A DNA stretch of 64,000 nucleotides, taken from assembly GCA_002633005.1 (NCBI GenBank), contig NMRA01000705.1:130222-194221 (forward strand), read 5' to 3'. A model generated the notes under the pieces. That model saw only the letters and a program-made list of their open reading frames with translations, made no database searches and was not told the origin of the DNA. This document shows, piece by piece, positions 48,301 through 59,589 of this stretch. Positions within the stretch are counted from its first letter, which is position 1, and each line of letters starts with the position of its first letter. Made by a program: the position numbers and the translations under genes. The stretch is from Phoronis australis. Taxonomy: Eukaryota; Animalia; Phoronida.

Positions 48301-51300
48301 CACCCATTCAGACACCATCTTTATTCAATGTACACTGTTTCATACCTGGTTCCAGGGCACAATCTCTCAAAATCTGCAAAATTTAGCAAAAGAAAGAGGC
48401 ACATTATTAGTAAAACAACGGTGTCAATAACAATATCAAATTTTATTTGATGAAAATGTTCCAGAAGTGGTATCAGAAACACTGTTAATAATCTAAAACA
48501 TTATCATTTCATTTTCGTTTTGTGAACGACGTTTAAATACCGGTAATAGTATTTGAATGTTTTACCTAAATCTGAACTTCTATTTCTGAGGAATGTACAA
48601 AATACTTCTTTTAGGGTCGAAGAGGACCTGAATAAGCAGGATCCACCATTGGCAACAAAACAAACATGTCGCTGAGCCACCAACACCAAAAGACACCAGA
48701 GTCAGAAAGGTAACAAAATCCCGGATGTTGCCTCTTGCGTGAGGCCACATGCCGTGAGATGCTGTTTTACCCGATACACGAAGCACGATAGGGGTAAGTA
48801 ACTGTCGTTCTTGATAACACCTGTGTCTTCATCTGTTACCACTGTGTGGTGTCCATTTCGTTGTAATAGACTTCAAGTGTTTTTTTTATTTTTTTATTTC
48901 TATTCTCTCAGTTCAACATAAGCAAGGACAAAGGTCTGGGCTTCCCATGCCTTACTTTACAATTCAGTGAAATTAAAGTTTACTAGTTAAATGTATACTT
49001 GAACCGGATTTTAGAAATACATTTAAAGAAAAAAAACATACAAGACAGTGTAGTAGTATATGGCTCAGAAAAGGTGAGATAGTATTTTGGAATGATAAAA
49101 TATCCTAACATTGCTTTTAAATTGTGCATTTGTAACCACCTGTCTGTAAATTTTTCCATTTGTAAATTTTTTGAATAAATATATTTTTCACAGTAGTAAT
49201 AAGTGTTAATTTCTTTTGTTAATATTATTATATTTGGAGGTTTAACATTGAGAAGTTGCTTATATAAATGGAGCTTGCACAGACACAAGATTAAATTTTG
49301 AATTGGCTGCCTTCTACATCTGTTTCCAAAGAAAACTGTGAGTACATTTGTACCCAGGGAGATATTGGTTTTTTCTAACCCAATCTTCAACATTGTTCCA
49401 AAAATTTTGAACAGCATCAAATTGCCAGTATAAGTGAAGGAAAGTCTCTTACAAAACGTACACAAGGGGCAGTTACTGACCCCAATTTTGACAAGATATG
49501 AGGTACAGCTGATTATCCCATGTGACAGTCTAAATTGAATCCAACGAAGTTTTACATCAAGTGTAAAGTTCACAAAGCAGGCATTTTTTCTACCATTCAG
49601 TACTGTCTGGTACAGCAAGTTCTGCCTGCCATCTCATCTCAGACCTAGGCCTAGAATATTTGTTTAGCACAAAAGTGTTGTATATATGTTTTGTGCCCTT
49701 TTTGTCTGCAAGTAATAATTTCACAAAAAATGGGATAGAGGGTGCATAGAAGGAAAACTTTCTCTTTTTGAGATTTTCAATTTTTGACAAACAGCCTCTT
49801 TGAGCCCATAAAACTTCATAAACAGTGGTCTAAAATTGAACTTTTTGCAAAAATCTTCAAAAGATAACAAATATCCATGCTCGTCTAGTAGGTCTGAGAT
49901 ATAATAAACACTCTTTTCAAACCATCTTCTCCAAAAAACAGATTCTCCACCAAGCAATATATTAGTGTTATACCAAATTGGCTGATATGGTATTTCTTCC
50001 TGATCTAGTATGTTAGAAAATTCATACAGAAAGTTAAATAGTTGCTTCCAAAAAGGTTCTCAGTTTGAGAAACGGCATATTTGTAGAAATAGTTCCCAAA
50101 TTTTAGACACTGAAATGATATCAAATCAGTGTTTAAGAGGAGACTTAACCATGCTGTAGAGTTTGTGGCTTTTAAGATCATACCCATCCAAGTTATCTTA
50201 ATTGCCTTTATAAAAAGTAAACATCTATCATTTTACAACCACCAGATTCATAATGTTGAATCATGGTTTTGCGACTAATTCTGTCACACTTTCCTCCCCA
50301 AATATAATTAAAAAACAGTTTTTCAAAATTTTTACAGAACAGATTGTTGAGGATTGGAAAACATGACAAAACATGGATCAGTTTTGGGAGAAGAAATGAT
50401 TTGACCACACTAACTTTACCAAGAGTACTTAAGTTTCTTTTTGACCATCTTATAATTTCCTTTTTAATATCAACTAACTTGTGATCAAAATTTAAATTAC
50501 TCATTTCCTGGATGTCAGTAGAAAAAGACAATCCCGAGCATAGTAAAATGTGAGCTAGACCATTTTAAGTCCTTTTCAGAACAAAACCTTGAATTGCTGT
50601 GCCTCACAGAACCTATCCACACACAAGTTATTTTTTCTAAATTTGGAGTTAGACCTGAACACTTCGAGAACTGGTCACAAGTAGATCAAGAGAGTTTCTT
50701 AACAATCTTTCGGAAGCATCAAGGATGATAACAGTGTCATCTGCATATTGGACTCTTGAGATCAAATCTGGATACCTTTTATATTTTTGTTTTTCCAAAA
50801 GAGATTTCCCATAATCTCAGCACATAGTAGGAAAAGATAGGGAGATAAAGGGTCTCCTTGTTTGCACCCTCTACCCATTTCAAAAATTGAGAAATTTTCT
50901 ATGTTGAATTACACAAACCATAGCTCCTTCATTAGGCAACGATACCCACTTTTTGATCTTTGGGCCAAAATTAAAAAAGACAGGGTTTTTTTTGTAGAAA
51001 TGCCCAGGAACGCCTTCTCAAAATCAACCAGGACCAGTTATCCAGGGATATTCAATTGTCCAGCTGAACAGATAAAATCATAAATTAATCGAATATTTTC
51101 TTCAATGAATCTACCAGCAATAAAACCTTTCTGGTTTTCGTGGATCAAGCAATTTAAAACAGACTTAACACGTTCAGCAATACAGGCTGAAATTAATTTA
51201 TAATTTATATTCAGCAATGGAATTGGCCTCCAATTTTGTAGTAGTTCCCTAGGTTTGTTAGCTTTTGGAGTAATTTGGATCACACCTCATTTTACAGCGG

Positions 51301-51330
51301 ATGGAAGGGAATTCTGTAAAAACATACAAT

Positions 51331-52617
51331 AGCGGAGTTGCAACGCCGCCATATTGGAAATGGGTCAGAATGTTGCATTGTGGTTAAGCCGGTAAACAAG
51401 TACGTCGGCAAGCGTGGGGGCGAACCGGCCACAGGGAGGTTATACGTGTTGTGTGCCTGGCATACTATAATACCAGTTAGCGAAATAAAAAATTTAGTTA
51501 CTACCTGTTTCCCAAGGATCAAGAACTGCGTTAAACATGGGTCAGAGACATCGGTAGAGCTGGTAGCAAAGGCCGACTTCGTGAATTCTTTCCGACTTCG
51601 TAGCATAAAGTGTGCAGTGCTCATTTTGAGGGCGGCAAGAAAACGTATCTTAGAAACTGCCCAACAATATCTCCCTTCAAAGAAACAGTAACAAATACTC
51701 CANNNNNNNNNNNNNNNNNNNNNNNNNNNNNNNNNNNNNNNNNNNNNNNNNNNNNNNNNNNNNNNNNNNNNNNNNNNNNNNNNNNNNNNNNNNNNNNNNN
51801 NNNNNNNNNNNNNNNNNNNNNNNNNNNNNNNNNNNNNNNNNNNNNNNNNNNNNNNNNNNNNNNNNNNNNNNNNNNNNNNNNNNNNNNNNNNNNNNNNNNN
51901 NNNNNNNNNNNNNNNNNNNNNNNNNNNNNNNNNNNNNNNNNNNNNNNNNNNNNNNNNNNNNNNNNNNNNNNNNNNNNNNNNNNNNNNNNNNNNNNNNNNN
52001 NNNNNNNNNNNNNNNNNNNNNNNNNNNNNNNNNNNNNNNNNNNNNNNNNNNNTTTTTTATTAGTCTTCGATTCACGGTTTTCACATGCACAAAGAAGTTT
52101 GAGGCCGGAGAAGATCTGTACTGGAAAGAAACAATGCAATCCCGCTCTTTGACAAGTACGCTGTGTCTGTTTTCAAAGTCCAGACCCGCGTAGTGGGGCA
52201 CATCCCTCGCAAGAGCAGCAAAACTTCTGCGTTCTTTTTGAATCGCGGCGTAAGTTTGAAGTGTATACGGACATAACGGTGAGGCTCGTGGTCCGTTACA
52301 GCAGGCTGTCGGATCTTTCAATTGATACATTGGAGACGTTAGAACTGTAGGTAAGGGCATTTTTCGCATGTAGTTCATGGGCTGGGCGCTTACTTTAGCA
52401 AAGTCTGAAAACGCGTTGGGGCACTTATTGAGCCATGGGCGCTAATTAGGGCGAATAGCGGCAGAATTACATACAGCAGCATAGTTCAATGCACACAAAT
52501 TACACGTCGTGCAAACCAGTCGGTCATCCCGTTTACCATCAACAATCCCAGTAGCCTTTGCGCACCCTAATTTCCGGACATGCGCAATCGTTAAATCGAT
52601 TCGGTTGCAACTCCGCT
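51331..52617 (+). mobile_element. THAP-domain TIR DNA transposon (ISL2EU/PHIS-like, AT TSD), spans assembly gap
   Basis: TIR AGCGGAGTTGCAAC/GTTGCAACTCCGCT flanked by AT. Pseudogenised THAP GGYTCCVPG..FSYYLFPKDQELR*TW...HKVCSAHF...PTI at ~51435-51702. Confidence 0.75.
51703..52052. other. Assembly gap (N run)
   Basis: Run of n. Confidence 1.
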
Positions 52618-55600
52618 ATTAAAAGCTGCAACTAAATCATCTCCCAAATCAGACCAGAAAATTTTGTAAAATTCAACTGTAAAACCATCGGGAGCTGGGG
52701 TCTTATTATTTTTCATCTTTTTCATCATAAGTAATTATATTTCCTTCCAATGAATCTCTTATACTATTTTCCAATTTTGGTGAATCAGTGTTTTCTAAGA
52801 TTGCATCTAAATCATATTGGAAAAAGTGGTCATCCTTCGAGGCATAAAGATTGGAGTAAATTTTTTATTTCTTCCAGAATTCCCTTTTGATTACAGATCA
52901 ATGTACCAATGAGTTATTTTTATTAACAAAATTACTGTTTTGTAAATTACTAAAATATCTTGTTGGGTTTTCACCATTTTCTATCCACTGAGCACGAGAT
53001 CTCAATATTAAACCGTCGATGTATTCCTTTCTCATTTCTTCGTACTGGGCCTGAAGAATTTCTAGCCAAACACCAAAAAATTGAGAATCGGTATTCTGAA
53101 CGAACTGGTGGACAGTATTTATCTTTCTAAATGCAGTTTTCTGTTTTTCTTTTTATATTTTTGAAAGCACTATATGACAGAGTGAAAGACCTAATGCTTA
53201 GTAGGAACAGTAAAGCTTCATCAATGTCAGAAGCACATAAACTTTTGGTGTCTCGATAATTTTTACATGCTCCACATACTTTTTATCCCGGAGTAGAGAA
53301 TTATTAAATTTCCATAAGCCTCTGCCACGTTCAAAAGAGTGCAATTTTATCTCCAACCGAATGGCTGAATGGTCAGTTCTGTAGCCTGGGTTTATTTCTA
53401 CCGTGTTTAACAAAGATAATAACTCGTCGGAAATAGACTTCTCCAAGTGTTGGTTGCATTTTAGTTGTACCTTTGGTTCTTCTCATGTATTAATGCTTGG
53501 GCCGTGATGACACACATTTGCTCTAATGGATAGATCTGCCCAGTTATCAATTGTATTAACCATTCGCTTGGACTAGACGTTTGTTACTTTTCTTGCTTGT
53601 GCATTCGCGTTGACGCGAATTAATCCAAAGGAGGTTCAAGGTCACAAAATGCATGCTGAATGGTGTTAAATGTATTTGAATTCCTCTGGAGATGCCACAA
53701 CCAGATGGAGCTGTACAATGGTTCCCGTGATCGATTTCTGTCTGCGTAAAGACAGGGATTTTTCAATAGATCTCCTAGTGGCAAATTGAAAACAGTTGAT
53801 TTGTCGATTGTTTGAAAAGTTTTTTAATACAGGTCTTTGTCTATTTACGCGGCATAACTGTACGTCAACGATACGCTGTGAGCCTCGGATAACCAAAGCG
53901 GATGACGAAGAATTTAAGACGAATATTATGTAGGTGAACTAACTTTGTTTCCGTTTAATATCGCATTAATATATTTTGGATGCATTCCGGCACTCTGAAG
54001 ATTCTGAAGTCCTGACGTCCATGATACGGAAAAAGAAAATGTTTTAAAAAGATCCTATTTGGCCAAATGTTCACAACTCGACAGAAACGAAAACTAGTTA
54101 GATCGAAACTGGTTTCAAGATTTATGATACCAGAAACCTCAACAACAGCGGAACAGCAAAACTTTAGTGGCGGTAACCACTTTGTTTGGCTCCTTTCCAG
54201 AGGCACAGGCTCTTCGAAGAACTAGTGTCAAATAGGAATGTGCTTCCAAACTCTCGAATTTTTTTCTCGAAATCGCCGGTCGGAACCTCGTGTCATGAAA
54301 GTTGGAATTTTTAGCTTTCGAACTAATGGGGTTTAGGACTTGTGTTGATCTTCGGATTTGTAGACTTGAAAACCGTGAATTTATACCTTTGGCCACACCC
54401 TTTCTCGTTTCTAGTTTTCAGTTGAGTTCATGTAGGTTTTATCACTTCTGAAGCGTTGATTTCATTTTAACATTGTACATTTTTAGCGACTTGGCCTTTC
54501 GTCGATCCACTGGATTTTGGCTGACTAGTATGCCATTAACATGCATAATCTGACGTTGAGAACACTGACATGGTACGAAAAGTGCTGCAGTACCACTTTC
54601 ACTAATGACACCAGAGACAAAAGGTATGGTGCTGCTAAGCTGTAAATCTCCTGGAAGTTACTTGTTTCGACTGCATGCGAGTTTGTGAAACATCTACTCG
54701 TCAGTCATTCAGACATCTCTTTTCATTTACACTCTTTCACACCTGGTTCACATTCTCTCAAAAACCGAAGTATTTAGTAAAAGACAAAGCTCATTGATAG
54801 TAAAATAGCTGTCACAATAAACAAGATGGAATTTACTTAAATCGAAATTTTTCAGAAGTGATCTAGGAAATACTCTTAACGTTCTAAAATATGATCAATT
54901 CATTTTCGTTTTGTGAACTGTGTTGGTATTTCAACGTTTTACATAAATGTAAACAGCTATTTCTGAGATAAAATTAAATCTTCAAACTGAGATAGAAATT
55001 AGAGACGTTTTTAGGATCATACAGGACCTGAACAAACAGCACCCTGACTTCGCTACCACTGGAAGAGAACCTAAGATGTTGCCGATCACCGACAAAAAAT
55101 AACACCGGAGACGGAAAGGTGAAAAAGACCCGTAAGTTGCACTTCCGTGAGGGCGCACGCTGTGAGATGCTGTCTTTCCAGATACATGAAGGACGATAGA
55201 TGTGATAAACTTTTATTACTGATAACATTTGGGTCTTGCACACACTTGCATTTACAGCTCTCCACCCGTGACAACTGTGTGGTGTTCAGATTATTGTAAT
55301 AGTTCTTAAGAGTTGACTGTAGTTTTGTTGTACTCTGGGTTGTACTCAAGTATTAGTGTTTGGGTCGTGACGACGCACATGTACTTCAAATGACTAGATC
55401 TCTACATCCATCAAATCTATTACTGTTCGCTTACACTAGACATTTGTTACAGGTTTTAGTGGTACAATTGTGCTGACGCTAACTCTCTTTCTACTCCCGA
55501 CTAACAATTGCATTCACACACTAATACAAGCCCTAACATACTAAAACAACGGCATGACTGAACCCAAATTACGTTCAAGGCCACAAAATGCATGCTGAGT

Positions 55601-57460
55601 GGTGTTAATTGAATTATTTTGCAGATTTCACAAGTAGAACCAGTATTGAATACAATTGATTTGTCGACTGTTTGTAAATTATATTAATACACGTTTCTAT
55701 CTATTTACACGCAATACGCATACCCACGATACGTTGCGACCTACGGATAACCAAAACGGAAGAAGTAAAGTAACGTTGCTTACGTATCATATAGCATTAG
55801 TGTACATAGGACACAGCTTGATACTATGAAGTTTCTCAAGTGTTATAACGCCTATAATACAACAAATTAGAAATTTTTGAAAAGGTCCTGTCAAGCCAAA
55901 GGTTCATAAATCCGACTGAAAGAAATGCTAGTTAGTTCGACAATCTATGAGGCCAGAAATTAGTGATTCAAAGTCATTGACAGGGGAGCAGCACACTTTT
56001 AGGAAACTAAAAATGTAAATAAAAGCATTAGCTCACTGACCATTGCCAAACTTTTTGAATCCTTTCCAGAGGCTTTGGCTCTTCCATGAAGTAGTTTCAA
56101 ACAGGCACGTGCATAAAATTTTCTGAATATTTGCTTGAAATCACTATTCAGAACCTTGTGTCATAAAAATGCATTTAGCTTTCAAACTAATGGACTTTCG
56201 GACTTGTGTGGACCTTCAGTGTAATTGATTTTTTGAACTTGAAAATCTTCGGACCCATCTATACCGTGATTCTATACCTTCTACCTGACCTCTTTCTCAC
56301 TTTTAGTTTTCAATTCAGATCATGTGGGTTCATCGTTTCCAGGAAGTTGGCTTTGTTTGATCCTTATTTTAGGGATTTTGGGTGATTAGTATATCATTAA
56401 CCTGCTGAAACTGACGTTGAGAGCAGTGACAGTGAACCAAATCTGCCGCACGCCCTCCGACACGAATAACACTAGAGCCAAAAGGTATGGGGCCCTTCAG
56501 TTGTAAACATCATGGACGTTATATTTTTCGATTGCATATGTGTTTTATGAGCCATAGAAATTTTATTGAACAGTTTTTGATTTGGAAAAGCAAAGTAAAA
56601 AATCTACTTGCCAGTCATTCACGCATCTGTCTTTCTTCGTGTACACTTTTTCACGCCCGGTGTCAGAGCACAGTCTCTCAAAAATCGTAACATTTAGCAA
56701 AAGAAAGGCGCATTAATAGTAAAACAACGGTACAAATAAAAAGTTCGAATTTAATTTGATGAAAACCTTCCAGCAGTGATCTCAGGAACACTGTTAATGT
56801 TCTATAATATGACCACTTCATTTTCGTTTTTTGAACGTGTATTATTTATTGTATTTGAAAACGTAACATAAGTCTGAACAGCTATTTCTGAGATATAAAC
56901 CTTCAATCTTGGAGAAATATAGATTTTCTTTATCTTGTCATAAAGGACCTGAACAAGCTGGCAGTGAACCTAAATTGTAGCCAAACCTACAACACAAAAT
57001 AACACCTATCTACTTGCCAGTCATTCAGATATTCAACTTCATTCATGCACTCGATTTCACACCTGGTTACAGGGCACCGTCTCAAAAACTGCGGGGCGGA
57101 AGTCTGGTAATTGTGAAATTGGGAGGTCTCAATCAGTTCGGATGATTTTTGTTATATTCCTTCCGGGAGTTTAATTTTTATTAAGTGTTAATTGGTTTAT
57201 TTTATTTCAGCGACTTTTTCATTTGTCAAACAACTGGACTTTGATTGACTTGTATATCATTATTATGCGGGACCACGGCGTCACAACAGGTAAAATTCCA
57301 TCAAATTTCCTGACGTACCACTAACACGATTGACAATAGAAACTAAAGGTTGCATGATTGCATGATGTCATTTTAATAACTAGAGGTTAAAGTTTTTTTT
57401 ATACATTTATTGGCAATGAGAAAAACATTACAATACCACAAAAAGACAAAGAACACCACA

Positions 57461-57463
<3 letters not shown>

Positions 57464-57513
<50 letters not shown>

Positions 57514-57540
57514 CACACACCACACACCACACACCACAGC
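57464..57540. repeat. (CA)n microsatellite plus (CACACCA)n
   Basis: Direct reading. Confidence 0.95.
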
Positions 57541-57992
57541 CCACAGCCCATCTTCTTGACTACTAAGAAAAACCATTTCAAAGTTACACCATCTTTTTTG
57601 TATAAATTCTAAATTCAGATCCTTACGAGTATTATACTTTTCACTCATATAATATAATAATCTTTGATGAAGTTAAAAAATCTACTTAGAAGTAATCTTT
57701 TTGATCCGAAAATTTGGGTGTAAATAAACTGTTTACCCAATAATAAAACAATTTTTTTAAAATTTTCTTTTTTATCCAAAAAGCCAAAAATATCGTTGTT
57801 GTAGGACTGCCGACACACTGGGGATTTTCTTTGTTTAGAATTTCGTTATTAACTTTTGTCCAAAATGAATTTACTGTTTCACATTCCCAAAATAAGTGTT
57901 TCAAAGTCTCTTTCGATTGTCCACAAAAGGAACAGGAGTCATCATCCGTAACTTGAATTATTTTTAAATTGAGTTAGTGGTCAAAATTCTCG

Positions 57993-58190
57993 TCAAGAGT
58001 CTGAAATGAAGCTACCTAATTCTTGGGTCTCTTGTTATGCGCCCATATGTGGACGCATTATGCCGTCATCTCCGTCTGTCCGTCCGTCCGTCCGTCCGTC
58101 CGTCCGTCCGGGTGGCGTCCGTCCGGCGTCCGGCGTCCGGCGTTCGTTCATGAAATATGGCATATATGATCCATTTATGAATGGGACGGC
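57993..58190 (+). mobile_element. HINE/Helentron-associated short element with (GTCC)n
   Basis: TTATGCGCCC..GGACGCAT hairpin followed by a (GTCC)n microsatellite. Confidence 0.55.
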
Positions 58191-59589
58191 ATGAATAATT
58201 TTCCCTAGCACAGACTTAATGCGTTCCGCAATTGCTGCAGACGTGATTTTGTAGGTTACATTGAGATTCATCCTTAAAGTTGATGGACTTGAGTTTCCTA
58301 AGATAACAACACGGTTAATAATTAATACATCGAAGCGAACTATGAACTTTTGTTCAAATAGTCTCCGTCAATTGGTGTGAAAAAGCTTGTTTGTGCCAAC
58401 ATTCTTCAAAGCTTCAAATGACGTGAGACAATATTGTATACTATCGGACAGCCTTTTCAACATTGTTAAGGGAAGGACTTAGGTCACTTTTGAATGGCTA
58501 TAAAATTGTCTGTGTAGTATCTCCTGCATATATCAATCATAATACGTATGCCCATGATCTTGTTCTGTTCTTACTCTCAGTTGACGGTCTTTTTAAACTT
58601 CTAGCAGTATGTGGACAATATGGTTTACCACATGAACTTGAATATCATTATCAAGGGGGTACTGTTATGCATGTGTTTTAAAAGTAAAGTGTTAGGTACT
58701 TCTATCAATATGGTGAACCTTTAAAGGCTGTGCAATAGATGGAACATTTGGTCATACCATGTTATGGATGACTGTGACATCTCACGGTAACGGAGAAAAC
58801 TATATGTTCAAGCCTTCTGAGTAATTAGAAAATACCATAAGTATAGTCTCCCTGTCAAGAATCAGTTGCTTATCTCTTTCTGTGCTACAATGCATACAAT
58901 GTAGCACACGCCGAGTGACGGAATTTGGACATGTTCAATATCTCGTGTGTTGAAGCGTTGTATAAGTTTTTTCTAAATTTGAAGGTACTTTGTGTTTTTT
59001 TTGAGGCTCATTGTTGTAAATCGACCCTAAGACAACGTATTTGCGAGAGTCGTCAGGTTGAACAAGTCCAGTGACTGAGTGTGAGTGTAGAAAGTGTTAA
59101 CAAAATTTCATTAATTAAAGACTGCAAAATATTGTTTGGTTTATTGCCTATATGATATGCTTACACAGCTTTTTGCCGACGGTATGTTTTTGGTCTCTTT
59201 TCTACGGTATGATAACTATTGACTTGACTTTGTAACAGTTAGGACACTGCCAGTCTTTTCTTTGCTTGTTTTTAGGCCTCGGCCCATTACACATACATGT
59301 AAAGTTGACTGATGTGGACAGTGTTCTATTCACTTGAGTCTTTCATTGTGTCTACAACTGATTTGCATATCAACACAGGTCTATGAATGCGGGTATCGTC
59401 TTAGCTCATATCTAGTGTGTATCATGGAGGTGGTGAAGTACATTTTAGCCACGCGCTTTTTGCTTTTTTGCATATTTCTGGGCGAAATTTTTGTTGATTC
59501 ACCAACTTGTGTACGTTCTGTATACACCACACTTAGTATTTTAATTGATGGAGCCGATTTGTCTTTTGTCGGAACATGGTTAGTATCTT

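Larger units (their letters stand above)
48881..53435 (-). mobile_element. 5'-truncated, degraded Tx1/L1-clade LINE (EN end, RT, zinc knuckle), interrupted by a THAP transposon
   Basis: TDHSAI (EN), KTPAPDGFTVEFYK, NWRPIPLLN, QGDPLSPYLF, QYADD, CPLCTFC; A-rich tail at ~48881-48900; imperfect flanking duplication aatagacttc(tc)caagtgt at 48865-48880 and 53432-53450. Confidence 0.9.
39400..57250. repeat. Old tandem array of ~1.8-1.9 kb units (5-6 diverged copies) interrupted by TEs
   Basis: Landmarks recur in order: gtgatgacgcacat at ~39615, 44155, 47155, 53505, 55365; gacccacggataacca-like at ~40863, 45669, 47441, 53881, 55738. Confidence 0.85.
57385..58270 (-). mobile_element. Tx1/L1-like fragment (internally deleted) with (CA)n near the 3' end
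   Basis: LNVTYKITSAAIAERIKSVL; CSFCGQSKETLKHLFWEC. Confidence 0.75.

Noticed and set aside
51610-52378. Long ORFs in the track
   Set aside because: Mostly N gap; only the THAP and HIRAN-like remnants are interpretable.
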